Counted from the first letter of the stretch, positions 1-9,563 are shown. The stretch is 64,000 nt of DNA from Patescibacteria group bacterium (GCA_051745165.1 JBNJDU010000003.1:8127-72126), one strand, 5' to 3'. The notes: generated from the sequence alone by a model not told the origin. Numbers and translations: made by a program.

Positions 1-2873
1 TCTGCAGAACTGATTACTATATCTTGATCAGAGCAATCTACAGACTCTGTTTCACCTGATGATAAATCTAAATTTGAAGAGGAACATTTTTGAAGTATTA
101 TGGCATAACTTTTAGCTCCCGGAATTTCTTTCCAGTCAATTTTAACAGGATGTTTTATCTTTTCAAAAAAGGATGGTGATATAATTTCTGTAGATTTTGG
201 GGGGCGACCAGCAGTTTTAAACTCAAAAGGAGCATCATCATAACGGTTGTCTTTAGATCTCCAATCGGAACATTGTTTGTTATTATTAATCCAAGAATCT
301 ATTTCTTCAACATACTTATCGTCATCTTTTTCAGCATCTCCATCATAATAGCTTTCATCCCAGCAAGCTTTTACGTCCCACTCGTAAGTAGTGTCAGGAG
401 TTAAGTCTCCAGTCCAGTATATATTATCATCTGAATTAGAATACAGATTATTAAAAGTCGAGTCTGGATCTATAGAATTACTTGAATTATTATTAGAATC
501 TAAATTATTTGATATATCATCATTCTCCCAATCATCCCAATCTGTTGCTTCAGTATCAAAATCATCATTATTAAATTTTCTCCATCTCCCTGTTGAATAG
601 TATATATTTCTACTATTTTTAATTTTTATATCTTCCCAGGAATCAGAACCTTTTTCTCTTATTCTATAAACATAACTTCTGGCTCCAAATCTTCCATCCC
701 AACGTACTCGGAAAGGAAAACCAACAGTAGCGTCATCTTCACTAACCCCTTCGTTTTCCATATTTGGTGGGTTTATATTTTTAGGAGGGAAGAGGCGTCT
801 AGTTTCTCTATTATCTAATTGAAATCTCCATCTTTGACTAAAGTCTGTGCAATCTGTTCCCGCTCTTTCTCTACAGCTGGCAATATTCCAAGTATATACA
901 TCTTCCTCTTCATTTTCAGGAAGAGTAAAGAAGTCCATTTCATCATCTAAATGATTTGGTTCTGGATATCTATGTTGAGTTTCATCAGGTTCAACAGGTC
1001 TTCTTCTATAGTTACATATTGGATTATCTTTTACAGTTTCTGTTAATTGATCATGACAGTCTTCTAGTACGGGTTCACCGTATTCATTAATTGTTTCGGT
1101 TAGTACTCTTATACCTTCTCCAAAGCTCATTAGATAAACTCTTGGTGGTTCAGGCCTTGCGTCAGGAGTTGGTTGGTACCACTGCTGAGCCCATTTTAAT
1201 TCCTCTCTAAAGGAAACTTGATTTTGTAAAATTAAGCTATAAGAATCTTCACTCCAAATTGAATCAGTGTCTGACAATTCATCCCTCCAGCTTTTAAGCC
1301 CTTTATTCTCTCGAGGACCATCAATAGTAGAAGCAACTGTATCATCTCCTATTGTTTGAGAAGTTTCTGCTGGATATCTATAGCCGTTTTCATAACCATA
1401 TTCTTCAGATTGAACTCTGCTTGCATCAAAATTAGGGTCGTATAATTTTGAATCATAAGGAGATACCCAGTTAGGATCTATAGGAGATATTAATTCCGGA
1501 GCGTCGCTTGTTTCAAAAGAAAATGTTGCTTCTGGACCTCTTGTACCTTCCTCCTCTTCTAAATAGTCGTGAGAAGGGCATGTGGCTTGTAAACTGTAAG
1601 TATGCTCCGTTCCTGAACGGAAAAAGGCTGGTCTTCCATAAGAGTTGTAAGTATTATTAATTATTTCTTGCAGAGCATTATCACCTTCGAATTTTTCTAA
1701 GAGATAATCTCTCATCCATTCTCTTTTTTCACGATCGTATTCATATTTTGGATCGAAGTCGAGCGGATTGAAGGTATTTGTGTCTAACCAAATTTCTTGT
1801 TCTGTGCCGCAATTATCACAACCAATAATATTATCTCTATCATATCTCATTACATCTAAAGATCTGGCATCATCGTGCTCTTCTCTGTAATCTATATATG
1901 CATTTCTGTTTTCAATTTCTAATTCTTCAAACTTATCTTGTGCTTCATTATATTCATACCCTTCTTCCCTTAATTTATTCACTACTTCGTAGCGGTGAAA
2001 TTTAGCGGGACGATCTTCTCTATTTATATTGTCAAATTTTATTATATAGGAATCAACGCAAGCTATGTTGTTAGGATCATCTTCACATTCTTTAAATTCT
2101 CCATTTTCTATCCAACCTTCATGCCAACCGGGAATGTTCCACCAGAACAATTTTACGGGTAAAGGTGTTCTTTTTAAAGGATTATCACCACCTAATAAAT
2201 TTTTATTTCTTAATTGTTCAATGTTTTGAGGTTTTTCTCCTCCAGCCATTCCTGGTAACCAAGGATTATTAAAGTAGTATGGATCTTCTTGCCCGAACTC
2301 TTCAGCTTCTCCTGGAACTCCCGGTGGTGCTTGCAAACAATCTGTTTGGCAAGTTGGGAAAGGGACGGGTTCTCCATATTCTTCTTCTAGCTCTTCTTCA
2401 GTTAACCACCTTGCACTTGCTGGCCAGGCTTTTTGCCAACTGCCCACTTCATCAAATACTTCACCATCTTGATTAGGGGTGTAGCGGTCATAGAAATAAA
2501 CAAAATCATCTGTCCACTGAGGATCTGAGCAGTCTTTATTTTCTGAAGTTCCTGGACAACGACCCATTTCTAAACCTACAACTTGCCAATTACGCATTAA
2601 AATATCACCACCACAACCAGTGTGCTCGGCTCTAAATTGTCGTTCTTCATGAACAACTTTTTCTCTATAAACAAAGCGAGGTTCTCTTTCTGGTCCAGGG
2701 CAAGGGCTTAGGGGTGGAGATGTAGGATCAGGAAGACTTTGTGTAAGTTTATCTGATCTTTCTGCACTTTCTGGTAGTTCGGTGGTTTGAGCAAAACTAA
2801 AACTAGTTGATAAGAAAAGCAAACTAATTATAATTGCCAGCAATAAGTTTATTTTTTTATTTGTTTTAGTCAT
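1..2873 (-). CDS. Large secreted Cys-containing protein, N-terminal ~957 codons (3' end lies beyond window start)
   Basis: Minus-strand frame read by eye is open from ATG at 2873-2871 to position 1. It is absent from the ORF track because no stop lies in the window. N-terminus MTKTNKKINLLLAIIISLLFLSTSFSFAQT looks like a signal peptide. Recurrent strand-like motifs (VKIDWKEIPGAKSYAIIL, VRWDGRFGARSYVYRI, VKLFWWNIPGWHEGW) suggest Fn3-like modules. Starts 1 nt after the stop of the upstream gene. Confidence 0.7.
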   Translation of the reverse strand, partial: MTKTNKKINLLLAIIISLLFLSTSFSFAQTTELPESAERSDKLTQSLPDPTSPPLSPCPGPEREPRFVYREKVVHEERQFRAEHTGCGGDILMRNWQVVGLEMGRCPGTSENKDCSDPQWTDDFVYFYDRYTPNQDGEVFDEVGSWQKAWPASARWLTEEELEEEYGEPVPFPTCQTDCLQAPPGVPGEAEEFGQEDPYYFNNPWLPGMAGGEKPQNIEQLRNKNLLGGDNPLKRTPLPVKLFWWNIPGWHEGWIENGEFKECEDDPNNIACVDSYIIKFDNINREDRPAKFHRYEVVNKLREEGYEYNEAQDKFEELEIENRNAYIDYREEHDDARSLDVMRYDRDNIIGCDNCGTEQEIWLDTNTFNPLDFDPKYEYDREKREWMRDYLLEKFEGDNALQEIINNTYNSYGRPAFFRSGTEHTYSLQATCPSHDYLEEEEGTRGPEATFSFETSDAPELISPIDPNWVSPYDSKLYDPNFDASRVQSEEYGYENGYRYPAETSQTIGDDTVASTIDGPRENKGLKSWRDELSDTDSIWSEDSYSLILQNQVSFREELKWAQQWYQPTPDARPEPPRVYLMSFGEGIRVLTETINEYGEPVLEDCHDQLTETVKDNPICNYRRRPVEPDETQHRYPEPNHLDDEMDFFTLPENEEEDVYTWNIASCRERAGTDCTDFSQRWRFQLDNRETRRLFPPKNINPPNMENEGVSEDDATVGFPFRVRWDGRFGARSYVYRIREKGSDSWEDIKIKNSRNIYYSTGRWRKFNNDDFDTEATDWDDWENDDISNNLDSNNNSSNSIDPDSTFNNLYSNSDDNIYWTGDLTPDTTYEWDVKACWDESYYDGDAEKDDDKYVEEIDSWINNNKQCSDWRSKDNRYDDAPFEFKTAGRPPKSTEIISPSFFEKIKHPVKIDWKEIPGAKSYAIILQKCSSSNLDLSSGETESVDCSDQDIVISSA

Positions 2874-2874
2874 T

Positions 2875-4623
2875 TTAATAGGTTCTATGAACTGTACTAC
2901 AAGATTTAGATATTGAATCTTCGCTGCTATATGGGCCGGTTGGTGGTGCATTATGATACTTTTCTTCTCCCTCCCATTCACACTCATAACCTCCTGTATG
3001 AGGACAACCAGAAGGACTTCCACAATCGCCAGGATCAAATTCACAAACAGGTTCACAAACATCCCCAGGCGTAGCCCACCATTCACAAGAGTCATAATAA
3101 TAGACATGTTTTAAGTTATCGGGAACTCCAATTCCTCTTTCCTTCATTTGTTCTGGTTTTGTTATAGCACTACCTCCTTCTAATCTAGCACATGTAACAT
3201 TTCCTATAGGGGGAGTATCAGTTCCTGATTGTGTTTGAGGGCCACATGTACTTGTATTAGCACAATATTCTTCCTCCTTTTCATTACCGTCTTCATCTGT
3301 AACTGTTCTTGTTTGTGTTTGACATTGTGGTGTTCCATCACAAGGAGGTGGTCCTCCAGGTCTATATTGAGACCATACATAAAATTCTTGAAGTAGGTTA
3401 ATAGAGATATAAACATCCCAACCAGCTTCTAAGGCAGCATTTACTTCTGGTTCTAAGTCAACATTTACCATTTCTCCTTCTAAATCATATGTTACTGTAC
3501 CTCCGGTGACAGAATTTCCACAAAAATCAATATAATCCCCCCCTCTATTACTTGCATCACTTAAAGTGGACATTGCACTGCTTTGATTAAAGCTAGCAGA
3601 ATTAAAATTGAACCCATTCCACTGTGAATCTTCAACTAATCCTGAAGCAGTGCTATCTATTGAAGTATTGTAAAGTCTTAACTCACTAGGTGTTAAGTCT
3701 CCAATATCTACTAATTCATAAGGAACAGTTCCATTCAAATCAGTATCATGCAACTCTAATCTTTCTACCTGACTTCCCATGTCACCAATTTCAGAAGGAA
3801 TAGAACCAGATAAATCATTATCATAACCTAAAAAGTATATTGGAGATAAATCACCAATTTCAGAAGGAATAGAACCGGATAAATTATTTTTATAAAGTCC
3901 AATATAATCCGTACTGCTTAAATCACCAATTTCGGCAGGAATACTACCGCTTAACTCGTTACCTCCTAAATTTAACTGGAGTTCAGGATTTAAATCTCCG
4001 ATTGTGTCGGGAATAGAACCGGTAAGGTCTATATAAGCGGCTTTGTAAGCTAAATCTGGGTTTGCGTTTACCCACTCATCACTTAAAGAGCCTCCTATCG
4101 GGTTATTACTAACACTAAAAAGTTGTAGAGAATTAGTTCTTGGCTCTGGGTCGCTATAATGAGCTTCTACTTTTCTTTTTTGATGATTAGTTACTGAAAC
4201 TTGACATCTATTTTCTTTTGTAGCATCACATCCGGACCAACCAATAAATTCTTCTCCAGAGGCTCTTAATATTATGTTTTCTATATCTTCATTTGATTCT
4301 ATTACGTAAGGGGGGTTTTCTTCTCTTATATTAATATCTTTAGGAGTAGTTATATCACTATTAACCTGAGATATTCTATAATTTAAATCTTCAGAAGTAC
4401 TGAATTCATATTCTTTATTTATTTGATGATCATTTAAAAAAGCATGAACTTCTAACCGATTTTGTTTATTTCCACTTATTTCATCAGTAGTGGTGGTCGG
4501 ATAATCAAGAACTCCTTTTAAGTTATTTAATTGGTTAAAACTACTAAAAGTAGTAATTAATAACAAAGCTAAGAGCACTGACAAAACTAAAAGATAATCT
4601 TTTTTTATTTTTTTTATTTTCAT
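2875..4623 (-). CDS. Secreted/anchored protein with plant-type leucine-rich repeats (L..N.LSGSIP.EIGDL) and a Cys-rich C-terminal region
   Basis: 582-aa ORF. N-terminal hydrophobic segment LLVLSVLLALLLITTF. About 5 consecutive 24-aa repeats of the form NELSGSIPAEIGDLS / NNLSGSIPSEIGDLS / NDLSGSIPSEIGDMG. The C-terminal ~170 aa contain many Cys. Confidence 0.85.
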   Translation of the reverse strand: MKIKKIKKDYLLVLSVLLALLLITTFSSFNQLNNLKGVLDYPTTTTDEISGNKQNRLEVHAFLNDHQINKEYEFSTSEDLNYRISQVNSDITTPKDINIREENPPYVIESNEDIENIILRASGEEFIGWSGCDATKENRCQVSVTNHQKRKVEAHYSDPEPRTNSLQLFSVSNNPIGGSLSDEWVNANPDLAYKAAYIDLTGSIPDTIGDLNPELQLNLGGNELSGSIPAEIGDLSSTDYIGLYKNNLSGSIPSEIGDLSPIYFLGYDNDLSGSIPSEIGDMGSQVERLELHDTDLNGTVPYELVDIGDLTPSELRLYNTSIDSTASGLVEDSQWNGFNFNSASFNQSSAMSTLSDASNRGGDYIDFCGNSVTGGTVTYDLEGEMVNVDLEPEVNAALEAGWDVYISINLLQEFYVWSQYRPGGPPPCDGTPQCQTQTRTVTDEDGNEKEEEYCANTSTCGPQTQSGTDTPPIGNVTCARLEGGSAITKPEQMKERGIGVPDNLKHVYYYDSCEWWATPGDVCEPVCEFDPGDCGSPSGCPHTGGYECEWEGEEKYHNAPPTGPYSSEDSISKSCSTVHRTY

Positions 4624-4634
4624 TTTAATTAATT

Positions 4635-7514
4635 TTAGGAATCTGGAAACTCTCCCTTAAAATCATTATTTCTTATATTAAATGAGTTCATTTTATTAAC
4701 TTCATTCAACATTTCGTCAGGTAAATCTCCTTTAAAATCATTATTGTTTAATGACAAAACATCTTCTGGCAAACCTTCCTCTACCCATTTTTCCCAATCT
4801 ACTTCTCCTTCTCCAGATTTATTTTCTCCAAGGCTGAAATATTCTAATCTTTTTAATTCTTCTGCTCCTTCAGGGAAAGGAATTTTATTATTGTCATCTG
4901 TCGTATGAAAATCAAAACGAACTAAATTGTTTAGATCTTCAATATTACTAGCAAAAGAATCTATTTGGTTTTCGAAGCCGTAAATATTTTCTAAATTAGA
5001 TAGACTGTTTAGTTCATCAGGAACTTCTTCTATCGCATTATTATTAAAGTTAAATGTTTCTAAACTTGTTAGATTTTCTATTTCACTAGGAAGTGGTCCG
5101 GAAATTCCTTCGGAGCCTCTTCCCTGGTTTAAAGCTACATCAAACCATCTTAAATTACCCATGTTTTCAATTGCTGAATCAATTTGTCCATCAAGTTCAT
5201 TTTCATACATACTAAAATATTCTACATTACTTAAGCCTTCTAAGAATTTTTGATTTAATCCTCCTCCTATTTCATTTTCGTCAGCAAAAAACCTGTTTAG
5301 AGAAGACCAATTATTACTATCTGGATTAGGTAGAGAACCATCAATTTCATTGTATTGAAAATATGCCCTTCTAAGGTTACCCGCTTCCATTATTTTTCCT
5401 GGAATAGCTTGGGAGATGTTATTATTGTTTAAGTATAGCCTTTTTAGGTTATTTAAATCTCCTAACTCAGCTGGTAAATTTTCTAGATTATTATTTTGTC
5501 CGTAAAGATAAGTTAAATTGCTCATATTTGACCAATTTTCTTCTGGAAGAGATTCTAAAGAATTATTATTGATTAATAATGTTTCTAAAGAAGATAATTC
5601 AGTAATTTCTTGAGGTATAGCTCCACTCATTTGTCCTTGAATTTCTGATCTAATTTTTTTTGCTTGTCCAGCCTGTCGGGAAAGATTTAAATACTTTAAA
5701 TTTGAAAGATTAGTTACTTCGACAGGAAATTCTTCTAATAAGTTAGTCCCAAGCTCTAAATTTATTAAGTTATTACTATTAGAGCCCATTAAAAGTTCTG
5801 TAGTTCCTCCTCCACTATCTAAATCACGAAAACTTTCTGGAAGTGACTCTAATAAATTTTTATTTAAACTTAATTCTTGTAAGTTGTTGCCAAAATTATC
5901 TCCAAATTCTTCAGGTAATTTTTCTATTTTATTTTCAGAGAAATAGGCAAATCGAACTCTTGAAAGTTTTAATTCTTCGGGGATTGATTCTATTTCGTTT
6001 CTGCTTGCAAATAACCATTGAAGATTATCAGCAGTAGCTGAAAAATCATCTTCCTCTTCTTCTCCCTCATTACCACTAGATAGTTCTAGTTCATTATTTT
6101 CAATATTTAATGTAGTTAATTTATCTAAGTCAAAAACTTCTGCCGGAATCTCTCCTTCAAGGTTGTTATTATGAAGTCGTAGAGTTTTTAAATTAGATAA
6201 TTCTCCAATTTCTGCCGGAATCTCTCCTTCAAGGTTGTTGTTGTATAAGGACAAAAGAGTAAATGGGATTTCATTATCAAACTGTGATAAATTTTTTATT
6301 GAAGGAGGAATAGCTTCTTCATATTCATCGCTATTCATGCTTGTCTTGGTAGTTTCTTCTCCTTCGGAATTTTCTTCAGTAAAGCTAAAACCTTGAATAT
6401 TATTATTATCTAAACGTAAAGAATCTATAGCAGCAAGATCACCAATTGATTCAGGAATTAGTGTTAAGCAATTATATCTAAGATCTAAGGAAAGCTTTCT
6501 TGGATGCCAAGTTTCTCTAGTGTGATGATCTTGCAAATCTTGTAAGGATGACAAATCTCCTAATTCTTGTGGTAAATTGTAATCTTCTCCGCAATTTAAA
6601 AGATTATTAGCAGCATTTAGATGCTCTAATTTGTTTAGCTTCATTTCTACCTCTTCATCTTCTTCTGTATTATTAAATTTATCAAAAAGAGAGTTTAGAG
6701 AATTAGCCCTTACATTTAAAGTGTAAAGATTTTCTAACTCAATTATTTCTTCTGGTAGGTTTTCTAATGAATTATTATTAAGCGTTAAAATCTTTAAATT
6801 ACTTAAATCTCTAACTATTTCCTCTTCACTATTTTCTTTTTCTTCTTCTGTTGGGGTAATGTTAGCAAAAGAGGTAAGGTTGTTATTATGCAGGTAGAGC
6901 TCTTGTAAGTTAGTGAGAGAGCCTATCTCTGCCGGAATCTCTCCTTCAAGGTTGTTATTATGAAGTGATAAGACTTCTACATTCTCCAACCCTTCCATTT
7001 CTGCCGGAATCTCTCCTTCAAGGTTGTTATTATCTAAAATTAACCATCTTAATTGAGTAAAATCTTGTATATATTCAGGAATCTCTCCTTCAAGGTTATT
7101 ATGACTTAAATTTAATCGGTAAAAATCTTCTAGTTTAGTTAAATTTTCTGGAATCTCTCCTGTTATTGATTGATTCGACCAGGTGATTCTATTTATTCTA
7201 TCCAAATCTGAGGGCTCCATATGAATTTCTTTCTCTCCTGCTCTTCCAAAAAAGTGATCTACACCTGTCCTATTTTTATATATTAAGTGTTCATCATCTT
7301 CATTATCTTCTTCTATCGGCTCCTCATCGACAAAATGCCAATTAGCAAAACCACCAGGTCGCCAACTGGCTGATAAGGACACCGCTTCTTCGGCTAAGGT
7401 ATTTATCTTAATGAGAAATTCTTCCTCTTCTTCAGCTTTAATTGACCCTGATATAGCAAAAACAGAAATTAATAAAATAATGAAGAAGTAGGCTTTTTTT
7501 TCGGAGAAATTCAT
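4635..7514 (-). CDS. Large secreted leucine-rich repeat protein (959 aa)
   Basis: Signal-like N-terminus FFIILLISVFAISGSIKA. Many LRR units, both plant-type (NNNLEGEIPAEIG.L.NL) and typical 22-23 aa (L.NL..L.L.NN.L..LPEE). Start ATG overlaps the rsmA stop (ATGA). Confidence 0.9.
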   Translation of the reverse strand: MNFSEKKAYFFIILLISVFAISGSIKAEEEEEFLIKINTLAEEAVSLSASWRPGGFANWHFVDEEPIEEDNEDDEHLIYKNRTGVDHFFGRAGEKEIHMEPSDLDRINRITWSNQSITGEIPENLTKLEDFYRLNLSHNNLEGEIPEYIQDFTQLRWLILDNNNLEGEIPAEMEGLENVEVLSLHNNNLEGEIPAEIGSLTNLQELYLHNNNLTSFANITPTEEEKENSEEEIVRDLSNLKILTLNNNSLENLPEEIIELENLYTLNVRANSLNSLFDKFNNTEEDEEVEMKLNKLEHLNAANNLLNCGEDYNLPQELGDLSSLQDLQDHHTRETWHPRKLSLDLRYNCLTLIPESIGDLAAIDSLRLDNNNIQGFSFTEENSEGEETTKTSMNSDEYEEAIPPSIKNLSQFDNEIPFTLLSLYNNNLEGEIPAEIGELSNLKTLRLHNNNLEGEIPAEVFDLDKLTTLNIENNELELSSGNEGEEEEDDFSATADNLQWLFASRNEIESIPEELKLSRVRFAYFSENKIEKLPEEFGDNFGNNLQELSLNKNLLESLPESFRDLDSGGGTTELLMGSNSNNLINLELGTNLLEEFPVEVTNLSNLKYLNLSRQAGQAKKIRSEIQGQMSGAIPQEITELSSLETLLINNNSLESLPEENWSNMSNLTYLYGQNNNLENLPAELGDLNNLKRLYLNNNNISQAIPGKIMEAGNLRRAYFQYNEIDGSLPNPDSNNWSSLNRFFADENEIGGGLNQKFLEGLSNVEYFSMYENELDGQIDSAIENMGNLRWFDVALNQGRGSEGISGPLPSEIENLTSLETFNFNNNAIEEVPDELNSLSNLENIYGFENQIDSFASNIEDLNNLVRFDFHTTDDNNKIPFPEGAEELKRLEYFSLGENKSGEGEVDWEKWVEEGLPEDVLSLNNNDFKGDLPDEMLNEVNKMNSFNIRNNDFKGEFPDS
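6138..7098 (-). repeat. Five near-identical ~22-31 nt DNA repeats (ctgccggaatctctccttcaaggttgtt) inside the LRR gene
   Basis: Copies read at 6138-6167, 6209-6239, 6927-6956, 6998-7028 and, shorter, 7076-7098. Each encodes NNLEGEIPAE. Confidence 0.8.
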
Positions 7515-8359
7515 GCTTGTTTAATTTTACTTTCTTTTTCGTTGAAAGTCAAATATTTTTTACTTATTTTTATCCAGTGATTTAAAGATAAATCTTCAGC
7601 TCTTTTTTTTGGATCAATATTAATACTGGTTAATATCTCTTTTACTTTTGGTTTTGAGAAATTTTCTAAATCAGCTAAGTTGTTTTTTAGTTGTTTTCTT
7701 GGGTGGCGGAAGCCTGATTCTACTACTTTGAAAAATAATTTAGAAAAATTTTCATTACGCGTGTATTTTAGATGAGGTGTTATTTTTAGAATTGCTCCAT
7801 TTACTTTAGGTGAGGGCCAAAAATAATTTTTAGAAATTTTCTTAATAAATTGTGGATCTCCTCTAAACTTAGTTATTATTGATAGAAAATTTTCTTTTTC
7901 TCCTTTGGACACTATTCTTTTTGCTACTTCCTCTTGAACTATAACTGATATTAATGTCGGGGGACTTTCTTTTAATAATTTTCTAATTATTGCTGTTGCT
8001 ATATTGAAGGGAAGATTAGCTACTACTTTATAATCTTTATTATTGTAAATTTTAGTTGGTAGTTTAAGAAAATCATCATTTATTATAGTTAGATTTTCTT
8101 TGTTTAAGGATTTAAGGTGCTTTATCATTCGAGAATCCTTTTCAACTACGGTTACCTGCTTTGCTTTTTTAGTTAACTCTTTAGTTAAAGCTCCTAATCC
8201 AGGGCCAATTTCTAATACATTGTCTGTTGATTGAATATCAACAGTTTTTATTAAGGTTGTTATTGTCTCTTTATCTATTAAAAAGTTTTGCCCTAATTTT
8301 TTTAAGGGTGCCTCCTCCTTTAATATAGATTTTATATTTTCTATTTTAGTTAAATCCAT
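7511..8359 (-). CDS. rsmA: 16S rRNA (adenine1518/1519-N6)-dimethyltransferase RsmA/KsgA
   Basis: LGQNFLIDKE, VLEIGPGLGALT and NLPFNIATAII motifs. I place the start at ATG 8359 (MDLTKIENIK). The TTG at 8428 in the ORF track would run through a strong opposite-strand promoter. Confidence 0.9.
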   Translation of the reverse strand: MDLTKIENIKSILKEEAPLKKLGQNFLIDKETITTLIKTVDIQSTDNVLEIGPGLGALTKELTKKAKQVTVVEKDSRMIKHLKSLNKENLTIINDDFLKLPTKIYNNKDYKVVANLPFNIATAIIRKLLKESPPTLISVIVQEEVAKRIVSKGEKENFLSIITKFRGDPQFIKKISKNYFWPSPKVNGAILKITPHLKYTRNENFSKLFFKVVESGFRHPRKQLKNNLADLENFSKPKVKEILTSINIDPKKRAEDLSLNHWIKISKKYLTFNEKESKIKQA

Positions 8360-8365
8360 TAGCTT

Positions 8366-8393
8366 ATTATATAAAAATAAGAAAAAATAACAA
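8366..8393 (-). promoter_or_regulatory. sigma70-like promoter for rsmA operon (TTGTTA-16-TATAAT)
   Basis: Hexamers read on the minus strand, with -10 at 8371-8366 and -35 at 8393-8388. Confidence 0.5.
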
Positions 8394-8400
8394 TCAATAT

Positions 8401-8429
8401 TTGACAAGTAAAATAGGTATTGGTACAAT
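8401..8429 (+). promoter_or_regulatory. sigma70-like promoter (TTGACA-17-TACAAT) for the M23 peptidase / ATPase unit
   Basis: TTGACA at 8401-8406, 17-nt spacer, TACAAT at 8424-8429. Confidence 0.65.
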
Positions 8430-8761
8430 AGCCCAAGAAAGTAAAATTCAATTTAGAATATATTCGTACCCAAAAGACCAGGCACTCTCAGAAGGTTGGG
8501 AGGAAAATAGTTCTTGATGGAGCTGATAGCAATGGTTTTAATATAAACTTTAAAAGTCTACTAATTGGAGTAGGTGTTCTTCTTTTATCTACTTTTGTTT
8601 TAACTGGAATTTCTGTTAGTGGAGAAGAAAAGGTTAATAAAGAATATGCTTTTTCTGATAATAATTTATTTTTAGAAGCTAAGAATGGTTTACAAAATGA
8701 ACCAGAAGGATATATTTTTACGAATAATAATACCATTTTAGCTCAATCGCTATCTTCTCCT

Positions 8762-9541
8762 ATGGTTGATACTCAAGTTTTAGGATCAGATAGTGGTAGC
8801 ACTTCCAAAAGAGATTCAATAATCTCCTATCAAGTTAAAGATAATGATAGTTTAGATTCTATTGCCGAAAAGTTTGATATTAGCAAAGACACAATTAGAT
8901 GGGCTAACAGTATAAGCGGGAACGATGTTAGTGCTGGGGATGAGCTTTTAATTCTTCCTACTACGGGAATTTTATACTATGTTGAAAGAGGAGATACTCT
9001 AAGCGACATTGCTCAGAAGCATGATGCAAATGGTGATGAAATTATAGAATTTAATGATGTTGAAAGTGAGACTGATATTAAACCTGGTGATCAGCTCATT
9101 ATTCCCGATGGGGAGAAGCCAGCCGCTCCAACTATTCAGCAAAGCGCTCCAAGCCCAGCTCGTACCAATGATAGTTTTTCTTCAGTAACCTATGGTACGG
9201 TGACTCAAGGAATGCATAGTGGACATAAAGCTATTGATGTAGCTAATAATTGTGGAACTCCGATTTATTCTGGTGGTTCCGGAACAGTTACTAAAACAGG
9301 ATTTGATCCACAGATGGCTGGTAATTATATTTGGATTGATCATGGTAGTTTTAAGGCTTTATATGCTCACTTACAAGGAATTCATGTTACAGCCGGTGAA
9401 GTTGTTAGTGGTGGTGAGCAAATAGGAACAATGGGGAATACCGGATTCACTAAAGGACCAACTGGTTGTCATATTCATTTTGAAGTTAGAGGAGGAGCAA
9501 ATCCTTTCTCTAATATGCAGCGTGGACAAACAATGCAATAA
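8762..9541 (+). CDS. LysM-LysM-M23 (LytM-type) peptidoglycan endopeptidase; true N-terminus probably upstream (see findings)
   Basis: Two LysM repeats (YQVKDNDSLDSIAEKFDIS..., YYVERGDTLSDIAQKHDAN...). M23 motifs HKAIDV, ALYAHL, GNTGFTKGPTGCHIHFEV. Confidence 0.9.
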   Translation: MVDTQVLGSDSGSTSKRDSIISYQVKDNDSLDSIAEKFDISKDTIRWANSISGNDVSAGDELLILPTTGILYYVERGDTLSDIAQKHDANGDEIIEFNDVESETDIKPGDQLIIPDGEKPAAPTIQQSAPSPARTNDSFSSVTYGTVTQGMHSGHKAIDVANNCGTPIYSGGSGTVTKTGFDPQMAGNYIWIDHGSFKALYAHLQGIHVTAGEVVSGGEQIGTMGNTGFTKGPTGCHIHFEVRGGANPFSNMQRGQTMQ

Positions 9542-9563
9542 ATTAATCTCTTTAAAGTAAATT

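Noticed and set aside
3204-6037. Small nested ORFs 3204-3416 (-) and 5843-6037 (+) inside the LRR genes
   Set aside because: They are out-of-frame or antisense to long ORFs with obvious repeat structure and have no independent signals.
8360-8428. N-terminal extension of rsmA from TTG 8428 (MYQYLFYLSNIDCYFFLFLYNKL)
   Set aside because: The extension is non-conserved, looks hydrophobic and junk-like, and overlaps a strong plus-strand promoter and the likely rsmA promoter. The ATG at 8359 gives the canonical RsmA N-terminus.
8534-8546. Programmed -1 ribosomal frameshift joining ATG 8517 to the M23 frame
   Set aside because: G-GTT-TTA is not a canonical X-XXY-YYZ slippery heptamer, and no downstream pseudoknot is evident. 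A homopolymer length error is more parsimonious (reported as a finding instead).
8488-8736. 82-aa minus-strand ORF between rsmA and the M23 peptidase gene
   Set aside because: It lies antisense to the in-frame, TM-helix-encoding upstream extension of the M23 peptidase gene and downstream of a plus-strand promoter. It has no recognisable features.
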